This document shows positions 33,663-44,873 of a stretch of 64,000 bases of DNA, in pieces. The notes under the pieces were generated by a model. That model was not told the origin of the DNA. It ran no database searches and was given only the letters and a program-made list of their open reading frames with translations. The stretch comes from Caulobacteraceae bacterium (GTDB lineage: Bacteria > Pseudomonadota > Alphaproteobacteria > Caulobacterales > Aquidulcibacteraceae). The position numbers and the translations under genes are program-made. Location: NCBI GenBank assembly GCA_016703335.1, contig JADJCG010000020.1, forward strand, positions 14,981 through 78,980, read 5' to 3'. Each line of letters starts with the position of its first letter. Positions within the stretch are counted from its first letter, which is position 1.

Positions 33663-34486
33663 GGCCCAGTAAAATTGCGTCCGCCTTGCCACGCCGGAAT
33701 CTTCTCCCGCGCGACAGACACAGCATCTAGGTCGAGATCGGCGACAATGTAACCCGGCTCATCATTGTCGAGCGCAGCGATGACCTTGCCCCACGGGTCA
33801 ATAATCAGCGAATGGCCATAGGTTGAGCGCCCGTCTTCGTGCTTACCACCCTGCGCCGGCGCAATGACGAAGCAGTGCGTTTCAATCGCGCGAGCCCGCA
33901 GCAACGTCTCCCAATGCGCCTGCCCCGTCGGCACCGTGAACGCCGCCGGCGCCGTGATTATCTCCGCGCCACCGCGCGCCAAAGCGCTGTAGAGCGGCGC
34001 AAAGCGCACGTCGTAGCAGATCGTGAGCCCAATCTTCGCGTCCATTGGCCCAGTCACGATCACAGCTTCCGAGCCGCCAGCGAACGTATCACTCTCGCGA
34101 TACGTCTCACCGCCGCCGAGCGTCACGTCGAACAGATTGATCTTGTCGTACTTGGCGACAACCTTGCCGCTCGGGTCGAACACAAAGGATCGGTTCCAGA
34201 CTTTGCCATCGCCCGCATCGATCGATCCAGAGCCGAGCAACAACCAAACGCCCAACTCCTGCGTCGCCGAGCCCCAAGCTTTGATCTCTTGATCGATCTG
34301 CGCCGAGCCGATCGTCTTCAGCATGCGCGGCTTATCGCGGTCCAAGACCATCGTGCATTCAGGCGTCGCGATGAAGCGCGCGCCTGCCGCCGCTGCCTGG
34401 CGCAACCACGGCATCGCCGCTTCGCGATTGGCGGCCGGATCAATGCCAGAGCGAAGCTGTATCGCCGCCGCGCGCAATTTACGCAT
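33659..34486 (-). CDS. Carbon-nitrogen hydrolase (Nit1-like)
   Basis: TPE, YDKINLFD, ICYDVRF, RARAIE. Confidence 0.92.
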   Translation of the reverse strand: MRKLRAAAIQLRSGIDPAANREAAMPWLRQAAAAGARFIATPECTMVLDRDKPRMLKTIGSAQIDQEIKAWGSATQELGVWLLLGSGSIDAGDGKVWNRSFVFDPSGKVVAKYDKINLFDVTLGGGETYRESDTFAGGSEAVIVTGPMDAKIGLTICYDVRFAPLYSALARGGAEIITAPAAFTVPTGQAHWETLLRARAIETHCFVIAPAQGGKHEDGRSTYGHSLIIDPWGKVIAALDNDEPGYIVADLDLDAVSVAREKIPAWQGGRNFTGP

Positions 34487-34743
34487 CAGGCGCCAGCCAA
34501 AAGCGGATCGAGCGCGCCGCGTTGCTCGAGCGCGTGCAGATCATCGCAACCGCCGACATGCGTCTCGCCCACAAAGATTTGCGGGAACGTCCAACGCCCT
34601 GAGCGCTGGATCATCTCTTGCCGCGTCAGCGGGCACCCGGTGGCGTCGATCTCTTTCACTTCAGCTCCCTTACGCTGCAACAGCGCGATCGCGCGTGTGC
34701 AGTACGGGCAAAAGGAGCGGGTGTAGACGGTAACTGGGGCCAT
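34486..34743 (-). CDS. grxC: Glutaredoxin 3
   Basis: CPYC, TFPQIF, GGCDDL. Confidence 0.92.
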   Translation of the reverse strand: MAPVTVYTRSFCPYCTRAIALLQRKGAEVKEIDATGCPLTRQEMIQRSGRWTFPQIFVGETHVGGCDDLHALEQRGALDPLLAGA

Positions 34744-34761
34744 GTTCCGACTCGAAGACTG

Positions 34762-35478
34762 TCAGATAGAAATATCCATTGGCCTTACAACGCGCGCTAG
34801 GGTCACTGCATGCACTTCTGCAGCTCCAGCTTTACGTAATGCACGGGCGCACGCCTCCAAAGTCGCTCCGGTGGTGAAAACATCGTCCACCACGAGGATC
34901 GTTTTACCTTTGTAGCTGCCGAACGCCTTGATCGCGCCGCCGACGTTCCTGCGCCGTTCCGATGCCGAAAGCCCAGCCTGGCTCTTTCGGCGCTTAACCC
35001 GAGTCAGCGCTCCGGGCTTCCAAGGCTTTCCGCCGGCACGGGCGACTGCCTGCGCCAGCCATGCGGCCTGGTTGAAGCTACGAGCGGCTAAACGCGTCCA
35101 GTGCATCGGCGTGGGGGCGACGAAATCGGCCTTCGCCAGCTGCTCAGCCGCCGCTGCGGACATCCACTTGGCAAACACCGGCAACCCGTCACGCCGGCCG
35201 CCACGCTTCAGATCAAGAATGAGCCGCCGCGCGTGATCGTCGTAAGCCAGAGCAGCCCGCGCTGTGTCGTATGCCGGTTTGCCACCCGCGCACGCTCCGC
35301 AGATATCGCCAGGATTGCCCCCGTCAGGCAGCGGGAAACCGCAGCAGCTGCATTGAGGGTCGGCGAGAAAGTTCAATTCGCCCCAGAGTTCGGCCTCAAT
35401 GACACCAGGGCGATCGACGATCGCGTCTGACAGCAGGGAACGCGGCGGCCAGATCAAATCGGACAGGCGCGAGATCAC
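34762..35478 (-). CDS. comF: ComF family phosphoribosyltransferase-like protein
   Basis: CxxC zinc motifs, FNQA, VDDVFTTGAT. Confidence 0.88.
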   Translation of the reverse strand: MISRLSDLIWPPRSLLSDAIVDRPGVIEAELWGELNFLADPQCSCCGFPLPDGGNPGDICGACAGGKPAYDTARAALAYDDHARRLILDLKRGGRRDGLPVFAKWMSAAAAEQLAKADFVAPTPMHWTRLAARSFNQAAWLAQAVARAGGKPWKPGALTRVKRRKSQAGLSASERRRNVGGAIKAFGSYKGKTILVVDDVFTTGATLEACARALRKAGAAEVHAVTLARVVRPMDISI

Positions 35479-35521
35479 GCCACGTTTCCGGAACGTCCCT
35501 GCCGCGCGATAGGATGTGCCC

Positions 35522-36403
35522 ATGACCGATCCCGCCCTGGGACCATTCGAGCCACGGCTTGTCCGCCAGCGCAAGCGCCGCGCACGCGCACGCTTCCGCG
35601 ACGCGTCGTTTTTGCACGAACGCGTGGCAGCGGATTTAGCCGATCGCCTCGAAGCAATCCCACGCCCGTTCCCACGTGTGCTCGCCCTCGGCGGCGGTGG
35701 GCTTTTCTCGGAGGAAATGCGCGCTCGCCCCGAACTTTCAGCCCGCATCTGCTCGATCCTCGAAATTGATCTGGATTTCATTGATCCCGAGCACTTGCCG
35801 TTCGCGCCCAGCTCATTCGAACTCATCGTCTCACCGCTGGCGCTGCACTGGGTCAACGATCTTCCCGGTGCACTGATCCAGCTTCGCTTCGCGCTAAAGC
35901 CCGATGGCCTGTTGCTCGCCTCACTCTTCGGCGGCGAAACGCTCAGCGAACTCCGCCTCTCGCTGATCGAAGCAGAATCGGAACTCACCGGAGGCGCGGG
36001 CCCGCGCATTTCCCCCTTCGCCGATCTGCAAGACATTGCCGGCCTCCTCCAACGCGCTGGTTACGCGCTTCCCGCCGCTGACCGCGATGTCGTCACTGTC
36101 CGCTATGGCGAACCAATGCGCTTGCTGGCTGATCTACGCGCCATGGGCGAAACCTCGGCACTCCGCGAACGCAACCCGCGCGCCCTGAGCCGCCGCATCC
36201 TCGCGCGCGCCTTCGACCTCTACCGCGAGCGCTACGCCGACGAAGACAACCGAGTCCGCGCCACCTTCGAAATACTGACCGCGACCGGCTGGTCACTGCA
36301 CGAGAGCCAGCAGAAGCCACTTAAACCCGGCAGCGCAAAAACGCGCCTCGCCGACGCGCTCAAAACGAAAGAACAATCCGCCGGCGAAAAGCCCGGCGAC
36401 TAA
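35522..36403 (+). CDS. SAM-dependent methyltransferase (BioC/NDUFAF5-like)
   Basis: LHWVNDLPG, LKPDG, ISPF, GYALP..D; divergent from comF. Confidence 0.85.
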   Translation: MTDPALGPFEPRLVRQRKRRARARFRDASFLHERVAADLADRLEAIPRPFPRVLALGGGGLFSEEMRARPELSARICSILEIDLDFIDPEHLPFAPSSFELIVSPLALHWVNDLPGALIQLRFALKPDGLLLASLFGGETLSELRLSLIEAESELTGGAGPRISPFADLQDIAGLLQRAGYALPAADRDVVTVRYGEPMRLLADLRAMGETSALRERNPRALSRRILARAFDLYRERYADEDNRVRATFEILTATGWSLHESQQKPLKPGSAKTRLADALKTKEQSAGEKPGD

Positions 36404-37008
36404 CGCGGCATCCGCGTCATGCACCAAAAGTGTAGCCCCGGCAGATCGAACTCGTTCGTCACTTCAAAGCCGTGCCGCGCATAGAGCGCAACGTTGCGTT
36501 CAGTCGACGCCTCAAGATAGCCAACCGTCCCGCTTGCATCGAGCGGCGCAAGAGTCTCCTTGAGCATCGCTGAGCCAACACCCTGTCCCTGCGCCGCGCC
36601 TGAAACGCCGAGAAACTGCAGGTGCGCATGTGGCACGGCGGGATGGCACGACGTTAGTCGCGCACCTAGGTCCTGAGCCCGCTGCAACCCGGAAGCGCCC
36701 GCGATCGAGAGGAAAAGCGGCGTGTAATAGAGCTCACGCCACCACGGAAAATCGAACGCCTTCAACCCTGGACCCAGCCAAATCGCGGCGCCCGTCATCG
36801 CGCTGCCGCTCTCGGCGACGTATACCTCGCGCTTTGGGTGCAGCATGTTGCCAAGCACGGCGTCGAAGAATTTGCGGCGCCGGCGCTCTTTGGTCGCGTC
36901 CTGCTTCAGCCAATAATTGAGGCCCGCTTCATTGACGAACGCATCCGTCAGCACTGCGGCGGCCGTGTCCAGATCGTCTGGGCGCGCAGCGCGCACTTTG
37001 GCGCTCAT
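36400..37008 (-). CDS. GNAT family N-acetyltransferase
   Basis: QGQGVG motif A, YLEAS, NVALYARHGF. Confidence 0.88.
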   Translation of the reverse strand: MSAKVRAARPDDLDTAAAVLTDAFVNEAGLNYWLKQDATKERRRRKFFDAVLGNMLHPKREVYVAESGSAMTGAAIWLGPGLKAFDFPWWRELYYTPLFLSIAGASGLQRAQDLGARLTSCHPAVPHAHLQFLGVSGAAQGQGVGSAMLKETLAPLDASGTVGYLEASTERNVALYARHGFEVTNEFDLPGLHFWCMTRMPR

Positions 37009-37565
37009 ATTTTTTCCGAGATCCGGATCGCAGCGCGGCAGCCAAATTTGATCACGGCCGAAAGCACTGGATACGCGGGCGCCTGATGCGCGCCCTGTTC
37101 GACGGCGGTGTCCTTGTGGGCGAGTTCGTCTTCACGAAAGCGCTCAACAACGTCTTTCAACTCGGCATCGACACCTTCGAGTTCATCGCTCTGGTGACCG
37201 TAGTGCTTCTCAATCACTTCCTCGACCGCCTCAGTGCACGCGTGCGCCGCTTCTTCGCCGATGAGCGCAGTGATGGCGCCCAAGCCAAAGCCAGCTACAC
37301 GCCAAACCGGCGCCATGAGCGTTGGCCGCACACGCCGTTCAGCAATCAGACGATCGAACGTCTTCAGATGCTCCTGCTCGCCAGCTTCCATCTCGGCGAT
37401 GAGCTTTGCGGCGTGCGACTTGCCTTGGATCCGGCTGAACACGGCTTTTTGGCCACGATAAATCTGGACTGCGCCATACTCGCCCGCGTGATCAACACGG
37501 ATCATTTCATCAAGCCTGCGCTTCTCGACATTCTCACCAGGCATCGGCGGACGGGACCGGCTCAT
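37005..37565 (-). CDS. coq7: Demethoxyubiquinone hydroxylase
   Basis: RVDHAGEYGA, E.EH, AVEEVI..HY, DE..H di-iron motifs. Confidence 0.92.
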   Translation of the reverse strand: MSRSRPPMPGENVEKRRLDEMIRVDHAGEYGAVQIYRGQKAVFSRIQGKSHAAKLIAEMEAGEQEHLKTFDRLIAERRVRPTLMAPVWRVAGFGLGAITALIGEEAAHACTEAVEEVIEKHYGHQSDELEGVDAELKDVVERFREDELAHKDTAVEQGAHQAPAYPVLSAVIKFGCRAAIRISEKI

Positions 37566-38056
37566 TGTTCGCGCTTTCCGGCGAGCGCCACGTAGAAGCT
37601 CGCGAGCGCCAGCACCAGGGAAACGATGGCGTTGTAGCCAGCCATCGAAATTCCGAACATCGACCAAGCAATTTCATCGCAACGCGGCGGGTGCAAAGCT
37701 TGGCCAAGATTGTCGAAGCTGAGATCACCGGGGTTCACTGTGCCGCCGACATCGCACTGCGCGATGACCCAGTGATGCTCGACCGCGACGTGATAGCCAG
37801 CCATCCCAGCGCTACCGAGCAGTACGAGCCCAATCGCAACGATAGCCCAACTCGTCCAGCCCGGGCGAAAGCGGGTGACGATCAGAGCGAGCACCGAAAT
37901 CGCGACAACGCCCCAATGCCATTCGCGCTGCTTCAAACAGAGCGCACACGGCTGCAGACCCTGCATGCCTTGGAAGTAGAGGATGGCCGTCGCCAACATC
38001 GCGCCGGAGGCGAGTAGCGTCAGGATGGGCCAGATCGGGCGGAGACGAGAAACCAT
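37562..38056 (-). CDS. Disulfide bond formation protein DsbB family
   Basis: PCALCLKQR, four TMs, second Cys pair. Confidence 0.85.
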   Translation of the reverse strand: MVSRLRPIWPILTLLASGAMLATAILYFQGMQGLQPCALCLKQREWHWGVVAISVLALIVTRFRPGWTSWAIVAIGLVLLGSAGMAGYHVAVEHHWVIAQCDVGGTVNPGDLSFDNLGQALHPPRCDEIAWSMFGISMAGYNAIVSLVLALASFYVALAGKREQ

Positions 38057-38108
38057 GTCCCGATCCTAGCCTGAAAATGCGGCCACAGTCTGCGGCGCGC
38101 CGCCGCGT

Positions 38109-38741
38109 TTAATTCGAGCCGGCGCCGGGCAAGTTCGCCACCCAAGTCGGGCAGATCGATGCCGTCCCGCCGTGCGTGCCAAACAGCATGTACGCGAGAC
38201 CCGCCGCAACTACGAGCGCGACCACCAGCAAGACGAGCCCGAGGCGCTTCTCCATGACCGGCGCAATCTGGGGTCCGAATTTCTGAAACAGCCAAGCAAC
38301 GATTAGAAACCGAGCGCCCCGGGTTATGAGCGACGCCACGATAAACACCGGCAGGGAAAACGACGCCAAGCCGGCTGCAATGGTAATGAGCTTATAGGGG
38401 ACCGGCGTCAGACCCTTGGCCAGGATGATCAGCAGGCCCCAGCACGCGAATGCCATTTGGAAGGTCGAAAGCTGGCCTTGGAAAGTATCGAACTGCAGCA
38501 GCCATTCGCGGAAGAAATGCCCGATCGCATATCCGGCAATGCCGCCGAGCACAGAAGCAATCGCGCACACGATCGCGTAACGCAGCCATTTCTTTGGATC
38601 CGCCGCAGACATCGGTCCCAGCAGCAAATCCGGAGGCAGAGGAAAGAACGAACTCTCCGCGAACGAAACCAAGAACAGCACGCGCTCCGCATGTGGGCTG
38701 CGAGCCGCCGACATCATGCGTTCTTTAATTCCGTTCAGCAT
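38109..38741 (-). CDS. YqaA/DedA (VTT domain) membrane protein
   Basis: SFAESSFFP.PPD, TPVPYK, RGARF. Confidence 0.88.
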   Translation of the reverse strand: MLNGIKERMMSAARSPHAERVLFLVSFAESSFFPLPPDLLLGPMSAADPKKWLRYAIVCAIASVLGGIAGYAIGHFFREWLLQFDTFQGQLSTFQMAFACWGLLIILAKGLTPVPYKLITIAAGLASFSLPVFIVASLITRGARFLIVAWLFQKFGPQIAPVMEKRLGLVLLVVALVVAAGLAYMLFGTHGGTASICPTWVANLPGAGSN

Positions 38742-38860
38742 GCCCCGGCGCTAGCACGCTTCGGGCCAGGCCGTCATCGCGCGCGAGCGTCGCAATCTGC
38801 TTTCGGATGGTGAACGTTCTCGGCGTAAGCCAGCCGAAGGTCGCGTCAGCGAGCGTAGGC

Positions 38861-38944
38861 TGGTGCCCCGGTCGGAGTCGAACCGACACACCTTGCGGTA
38901 CCGGATTTTGAGTCCGGCGCGTCTACCAATTCCACCACAGGGGC
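38861..38944 (-). tRNA. tRNA-Leu(CAA)
   Basis: GCCCCTGTGGTGGAATTGGTAGAC...CT-CAA-AA...long variable arm...GGTTCGACTCC...ACCA; acceptor 3' strand one base short (likely indel). Confidence 0.93.
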
Positions 38945-39023
38945 AACTGAGGCTTCCAAAGAAGAAGCGCTGAGGTATGAGGCGGAAAAGCCGGTGTCAA
39001 ATCCGGCATGCGGGGGAAATGCC

Positions 39024-40463
39024 ATGACCGACGAGAATATCGCAGGCGAGGAGACCGGCTTTGGCCGCTCTGGCCGCCGCGTTGGGCTTGTCCTGGGGCC
39101 CATGATCGCGATTGGCTTGCAACTCCTGCCTGCGCCCGACGGCTTATCCCCAGAAGCATGGCGCGTGGTCTCGCTCGCGGCGCTCATGGTTGTGTGGTGG
39201 GTCACCGAGGCGATCCCGATCGCCGCGACGGCGCTCATTCCGCTTGCCGCCCTGCCGCTTCTCGGTGCGACCAGCATGAAGGATGCTGCTGCGCCCTACG
39301 CCGACCCAATCGTGTTTCTGTTCATAGGCGGCTTCATCCTCGCCGCCTGCGTTGAGCGCTGGCGCCTGCATGAACGCATAGCCCTTTCGATCGCCTCAAT
39401 CGCTGGTGGCCGGCCCGTCGCGCTCGTCGGCGGCTTCATGATCGCGTCGATGCTGATCTCGATGTGGATCTCGAACACGGCGACAACATTGATGCTGGCC
39501 CCCATCGCCATCGGCGCCGCGCGCGCCATGTCTGGCGGCGGCAAGCCTGATCTCGCGCTCGGTGGCGCATTGACGCTTGGCGTCGCGCATGCCTCCACCA
39601 TTGGCGGCATCGGCACGCCTGTCGGCACACCCACCAACCTCATAGCTATGGCGTTCTTTGAGCGCGCCGGCGAACCCATCGCCTTCATTGATTGGATGAC
39701 ACATGCCATTCCGATCATGCTGCTAATGCTGCCAGCCGCGTGGTTGCTATTGTGCTGGCCGCTGTTCGGAAAAGGCCACACGCGCTTTGAGGCGATCGCC
39801 GCCATCGTAAAAGACGCACTCAAAGCGCTCGGCCCTATGACACGTCCTGAAATGCGCATTGGCGCTGTGTTCGCACTGACCGCGCTTGGCTGGATGTTTC
39901 GCGTTCAAATCGCCGAACTCCCCGGCCTTTCGGCGCTCACCGATACAGGCGTCGCCATTGCCGGGGCTCTGTTGCTTTTCTTTATACCGTCTGGCCGGGG
40001 CCGCGGCGAAAAGTTGATCGATTGGAAAACTGCGGAACGCATTCCGTGGGGGATTGCGATCCTTTTCGGCGGCGGCCTTGCTCTCGCCGCCGGCATGGAA
40101 AGCACGGGTCTCGCGGCTTGGATCGGCGAATGGATCGGCGGACTCGATGGCCTGTCAGCGTTCACTCTTGTCGCGCTCTTAGTGGTGACGACAATTCTGG
40201 TGTCCGAACTCGCCAGCAATGTCGCGACGCTGACATCGATGCTCCCGGTGGTCGCCGCTGTCGCCGCCGCGACCGGGACGCCACTTCAGCAGTTGGCCTT
40301 CCCCGTCGCGCTTGCTGCGAGCTTCGCATTCATGCTCCCAGTGGCCACCGCACCCAATGCAATTGCATATTCGTCCGGCTTGGTAACTCTCAAGCGCATG
40401 CTCTCCGTGGGTTTTGGCCTCAACATCGCGGCCATCGTGTTGATCATGACATTCGCGACGTAG
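39024..40463 (+). CDS. DASS/SLC13 family anion symporter
   Basis: [35 protein letters not shown]. Confidence 0.92.
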   Translation: MTDENIAGEETGFGRSGRRVGLVLGPMIAIGLQLLPAPDGLSPEAWRVVSLAALMVVWWVTEAIPIAATALIPLAALPLLGATSMKDAAAPYADPIVFLFIGGFILAACVERWRLHERIALSIASIAGGRPVALVGGFMIASMLISMWISNTATTLMLAPIAIGAARAMSGGGKPDLALGGALTLGVAHASTIGGIGTPVGTPTNLIAMAFFERAGEPIAFIDWMTHAIPIMLLMLPAAWLLLCWPLFGKGHTRFEAIAAIVKDALKALGPMTRPEMRIGAVFALTALGWMFRVQIAELPGLSALTDTGVAIAGALLLFFIPSGRGRGEKLIDWKTAERIPWGIAILFGGGLALAAGMESTGLAAWIGEWIGGLDGLSAFTLVALLVVTTILVSELASNVATLTSMLPVVAAVAAATGTPLQQLAFPVALAASFAFMLPVATAPNAIAYSSGLVTLKRMLSVGFGLNIAAIVLIMTFAT

Positions 40464-40500
40464 GGATGGCCTCGGCCGGTGCGCGGGCTATGTTGGGCCT

Positions 40501-41079
40501 ATGCCAACCAAACGCACACAAGCCGAAGCCGAAGCTGCCGTCCGCGTTTTGATCGAGTGGGCCGGAGACGATCCCGACCGCGAAGGCCTGCTCGAAACAC
40601 CCGCGCGCGTCGCCCGATCGTATCGCGAACTCTTTGCCGGCTACGCCGAAAACCCGCGCGAATATCTGGAAAAGACCTTCGAAGAGGTCGGCGGCTATGA
40701 TGAGCTCGTCGTGCTGCGTGACATCCGTGTCGTCAGCTTCTGCGAACACCACATGCTGCCGTTCATCGGCAAAGCGCATGTCGGCTATCTGCCCACCAAC
40801 CGCGTTGTCGGCATTTCGAAGCTTGCGCGCGTAGTTAGCGCGTTCTCGCGGCGCCTACAAATACAAGAGAAGCTCACGGCAGAGATCGCCGACGCCATTC
40901 ACGAAATCCTCCATCCCCAAGGCGTCGGCGTGATGATTGAATCCGAGCACTCGTGCATGAGCATGCGCGGCGTCAACACGCCCGGCTCGCATCTGGTGAC
41001 CTCGCGTCTAATGGGCGTGGTGCGTGACGACCCAAGGACGCGCGAGGAATTCCTGCGTCTCGCGCGCAGCGAACACTAG
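40501..41079 (+). CDS. folE: GTP cyclohydrolase I
   Basis: [31 protein letters not shown]. Confidence 0.96.
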   Translation: MPTKRTQAEAEAAVRVLIEWAGDDPDREGLLETPARVARSYRELFAGYAENPREYLEKTFEEVGGYDELVVLRDIRVVSFCEHHMLPFIGKAHVGYLPTNRVVGISKLARVVSAFSRRLQIQEKLTAEIADAIHEILHPQGVGVMIESEHSCMSMRGVNTPGSHLVTSRLMGVVRDDPRTREEFLRLARSEH

Positions 41080-42014
41080 AAAAGCGCCTCGACGCGATCC
41101 CAGAACGCTTTCGGTAGATCGAGACCTGAGAGGCGCTTTAGCTCCTGCGCCAAGGTCGGCGAGGTTACGTTGATCTCGATCAGCTTGCCCGCAATCACAT
41201 CCAGGCCCGCAAACACAATGCCTTCGCGCTTCAACAACGGTGCGACTGCAGCCGCAATGGCGCGATCGTCGTCATCGAGCTCGCCTGCCGCTGCCTGACC
41301 GCCAACGGCGAGGTTTGCGCGAAAATCGCCCGCCTTCGGCAAGCGCTTTAGCGCCGCGAAAGGTTCGCCGTTCAGCACGAACACGCGCTTATCGCCGCCG
41401 GACACGGCAGGCAGAAACTCCTGCGCCAGGATCGGCTCACGCCCCGCCGCGGCGATGAACACACTAGCTTTGGCCTTGAAATCCGCGTCGCTCGCCGAAA
41501 GTTTGATGACGCCTTCACCGCCCATCATGAAGAGGATTTTGAGCACGACTTGATCGAAGCGCTTCGCAAACGCCTCCAGGGCGTCAATATCGCGGCCAAC
41601 CCAGGTAATCGGCGTCAGTTCGGGAAAATGCAGGATCGACATCTTCTCGGATATGTTGCGGATGCCGACCGGCGGATTGATCACCAGAGTCTTCACCAAC
41701 TCCAGCAAATACGTGTTGGAGACGTAACCCATGTCGAAGGGCGGATCCTGACGCACCAACACGACGTCAAAGTCGTCAACCGGACGCACAACTGTCGCCA
41801 GCGGCTCGAAATGCTTGGCCTCGTTGAGGCTCACCGACACTTGCCGTGCACGCGCCTTCACAACGCCGGTGTCGTAAAACACATCGTTCGGCGTAAACCA
41901 CCAAATCTCGTGTCCGCGCGACTGTGCTTCGACCATGAGCGCAAGCGAAGTGTCATGGTTCACGATCATCTTCTCGATCGGATCCATCTGCACTGCGATA
42001 CGAAGCGATTTCAT
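41076..42014 (-). CDS. gshB: Glutathione synthetase
   Basis: [31 protein letters not shown]. Confidence 0.92.
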   Translation of the reverse strand: MKSLRIAVQMDPIEKMIVNHDTSLALMVEAQSRGHEIWWFTPNDVFYDTGVVKARARQVSVSLNEAKHFEPLATVVRPVDDFDVVLVRQDPPFDMGYVSNTYLLELVKTLVINPPVGIRNISEKMSILHFPELTPITWVGRDIDALEAFAKRFDQVVLKILFMMGGEGVIKLSASDADFKAKASVFIAAAGREPILAQEFLPAVSGGDKRVFVLNGEPFAALKRLPKAGDFRANLAVGGQAAAGELDDDDRAIAAAVAPLLKREGIVFAGLDVIAGKLIEINVTSPTLAQELKRLSGLDLPKAFWDRVEALF

Positions 42015-43394
42015 CTAGCCAGCCTGCGCCTTGCGACCATTCTCTCGTGCGCCACGTAGCTGCTCGGCGATGAGGAAGGCAAGGTCGAGCGCCTGGGTGC
42101 CGTTCAGACGTGGGTCGCAGTGCGTATGATAGCGGCTGGAGAGGTCCTCTTCAGTCACCATTGAAGCGCCGCCCAAGCACTCGGTGACCTGCTGACCCGT
42201 CATCTCAACGTGCACGCCGCCTGGATAGGCGCCCTCGGCCGGCAGAATATCCGTAAACGCGCGCACTTCCGCCAGGATGCGGTCGAACGGCCGCGTCTTG
42301 AAGCCTGATGCTGTCTTCAGCGTGTTGCCGTGCATCGGATCGCACGACCAAACGACATTGCGTCCCGCCTTGGTCACCGCACGAACCAGCTTCGGAAGCC
42401 CGGCTTCAACCTTGTCGGAACCGAAGCGTGCGATGAGCGTGATGCGCCCGGCCTCGTCGCTCGGATTCAAGATATCAATCAGCTTCAACAATTCATCAGG
42501 CTCAAGCGACGGCCCGCACTTGATGCCGATCGGGTTCTTGATCCCGCGTATGAATTCGACGTGCGCGCCATCCGGCTGACGGGTGCGGTCGCCAATCCAC
42601 ACGAAGTGCGCGCTGGTATCATACCAATCGCCCGTCGTGGAATCGACGCGCGTCATGGCCTCTTCGTAGCCCAGTAGCAACGCTTCGTGGCTGGTATAGA
42701 CCTGCACCTGCTTCATCTGCGGCACGCTATCGGGCGTAATCCCGCACGCTTCCATGAAGTCGATGGCTTCCGAAATGCGGTCCGCGATTTCCTGGTAGCG
42801 CTTGCCTTGCGGACTGTCGGCCACAAAGCCGACCATCCAACGGTGCACATTGTGCAGATCGGCGTAACCGCCGTTTGCGAACGCGCGGATGAGGTTCAAT
42901 GTCGCCGCGGACTGCGAATAGGCCTTCACCAAACGCTCAGGATCCGGCACGCGCGATTCCGGAGTGAATTCCATGCCGTTGATGTTGTCACCCCGATAAG
43001 AGGGGAGTGTCACACCGTCCTGCACTTCGATTTGCTCGGAGCGCGGTTTGCCGAACTGGCCAGCGATCCGCCCGACCTTCACAACAGGACGCGATGCCGC
43101 AAACGTCAACACGACGCTCATCGCCATTAGTGTGCGGAAGGTATCGCGGATGTTATCGGGGTGAAATTCTTTGAAGCTCTCGGCGCAGTCGCCGCCTTGC
43201 AACAGAAACGCCTTGCCGGCCGCCACTTGCGCCAACTCGGCTTTCAGCTTGCGCGCTTCGCCTGCGAACACGAGGGGCGGATAGGAGCGCAATTGCTGCT
43301 CGACGCGCGTCAGCGCCGCCGGGTCCGGATAATCCGTCGGGATGTGCTTGGCCGGCAGCGAACGCCAACCTGCGGGGGTCCATTTTTCCTTCAT
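42015..43394 (-). CDS. Class II DAHP synthase
   Basis: [32 protein letters not shown]. Confidence 0.95.
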   Translation of the reverse strand: MKEKWTPAGWRSLPAKHIPTDYPDPAALTRVEQQLRSYPPLVFAGEARKLKAELAQVAAGKAFLLQGGDCAESFKEFHPDNIRDTFRTLMAMSVVLTFAASRPVVKVGRIAGQFGKPRSEQIEVQDGVTLPSYRGDNINGMEFTPESRVPDPERLVKAYSQSAATLNLIRAFANGGYADLHNVHRWMVGFVADSPQGKRYQEIADRISEAIDFMEACGITPDSVPQMKQVQVYTSHEALLLGYEEAMTRVDSTTGDWYDTSAHFVWIGDRTRQPDGAHVEFIRGIKNPIGIKCGPSLEPDELLKLIDILNPSDEAGRITLIARFGSDKVEAGLPKLVRAVTKAGRNVVWSCDPMHGNTLKTASGFKTRPFDRILAEVRAFTDILPAEGAYPGGVHVEMTGQQVTECLGGASMVTEEDLSSRYHTHCDPRLNGTQALDLAFLIAEQLRGARENGRKAQAG

Positions 43395-43405
43395 CGTTCC
43401 GAACC

Positions 43406-44743
43406 CTAGCCGAACATCGGCGCCGCAAGCGAGGCCTCTTGCTGCACCTGCTCACCAAACATGGGCGCGATCAGCGGGGTGACCAAGAACCAAACCGCCG
43501 CTGCGGCAATTGTTGCGGCCAAGGCCGCCGCGAAATAGAGCGCCGCGTAGCGCCAGCCGCCGGTGAAAAACGCGATCACGCCCTTCGCCAACGTATTCAT
43601 CAGCACAGCGATCATCACTGCGTGTGCACCAATCGTAGGTTCCAGTCCGCCGCGAACCAAGCTGCCGGTAGCGAGCGTAACGGCATCGACGTCGGCCAAA
43701 CCCGCAGTTGCCGCAAACGGAAGCAACCCGGCTTGGCCGTAAGCATCCGCTATTATGCGGCCAACAATGATCACCGCACCCAAAAACGCTGCGAACTGAA
43801 ACACTGAAACAAGATCGAGCGGGCTGCGTAGCTTTTGCGAAGAGTCGGCGCTATCGCCCTCGCGGTCAAAGTAGCGCATCGCGAAGGCCGAGCCGCCAAA
43901 CACCAGCATCGCAGCCACAAGTGCTGGTCCCGCCTCTGGCACGACCGGAGTCGCGGTGATCGCCAGTAGTGCGATCACGCGACCGACGCTGATCGCAGCA
44001 GCTATAGCCGCCGCTGCGCCGCCGACCATTGCGTGCGTCTCTCCGGTTTTGACGCGCCGTCCCAGCTCCGCCGTCACGACCGTGGACGACACAAGAGCGC
44101 CTGCAGCTGCGCCAGCCAGTACGCCAACGTCGTTGCCTAGCACACGCACCGCGACGTAACCGGCGAAGGATGCGCCCGCGACGAGTATGGTCAGCAGCCA
44201 CAGCTCACGTGGATTGATCGCACCCCACGGATCAACCGTGGTGTCGGCCAGCAGTGGCAACGCGATGAAGGTGGCGCCAAGGATGAGCAGCGCGGAGCGC
44301 AGCTCCTTCCATGTGATCCTATCGAGCCAATCGTGCAGTGCGCTCTTGAACGCGAGTAGGCCGACGAGCGTGACGCCTACTGCCGCAGAAATGCGTAAAT
44401 CTCCGAACATCGAATAGGCGCCGAGCGCGAACACTAAGAGCCCAGCGATCGTACCCGTCACCGAAACATCATTGTCGCGTTGGCTCTCTCGCACTTTGAA
44501 GGTTACGAAGGCGGCGCCGAAAAGCAGCGTCAGCGCAGCGAATCCAATCTGCCCAACCGCCGGAAGCAGTGCGCCAGCGACGCCGCCCATCAGCCCAACA
44601 ACCGCGTGCGTCCGCAAACCCGCCCCACGCATGCCATCCGGCGCGTCGCGATGCTTCCAGCCGCGTTCGACACCGACCAAAAAGCCGATCCCCAGCGCCA
44701 TCGCCAAGCGCTGAAACATCTCAAGAAGAACCGGATCCGGCAT
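43406..44743 (-). CDS. MgtC/SapB-DUF4010 membrane protein
   Basis: GVERG, GLRTH, VSST, GLADVDA; many TMs. Confidence 0.85.
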   Translation of the reverse strand: MPDPVLLEMFQRLAMALGIGFLVGVERGWKHRDAPDGMRGAGLRTHAVVGLMGGVAGALLPAVGQIGFAALTLLFGAAFVTFKVRESQRDNDVSVTGTIAGLLVFALGAYSMFGDLRISAAVGVTLVGLLAFKSALHDWLDRITWKELRSALLILGATFIALPLLADTTVDPWGAINPRELWLLTILVAGASFAGYVAVRVLGNDVGVLAGAAAGALVSSTVVTAELGRRVKTGETHAMVGGAAAAIAAAISVGRVIALLAITATPVVPEAGPALVAAMLVFGGSAFAMRYFDREGDSADSSQKLRSPLDLVSVFQFAAFLGAVIIVGRIIADAYGQAGLLPFAATAGLADVDAVTLATGSLVRGGLEPTIGAHAVMIAVLMNTLAKGVIAFFTGGWRYAALYFAAALAATIAAAAVWFLVTPLIAPMFGEQVQQEASLAAPMFG

Positions 44744-44873
44744 CGCTGGCGAAGTCTTGGTGTGACCAATGGGTTCCTGCTACGGGCCGCGCCTGGTTGG
44801 GGAGCGCTGCAGCATTGCCAAGGCGTAATGCCCCGACTAGGTTCGCGCCACAGGGGCGGGACGGGACAATTTC

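Noticed and set aside
38861-38944. tRNA-Leu as an island integration site
   Set aside because: No integrase and no duplicated tRNA 3' end seen; the flanking genes are housekeeping.
44752-44777. Possible EcfG/sigmaT promoter (GGAAC-N16-GACTT) for the DUF4010 gene
   Set aside because: The -10 element deviates from CGTT and there is only one instance; too weak to call.
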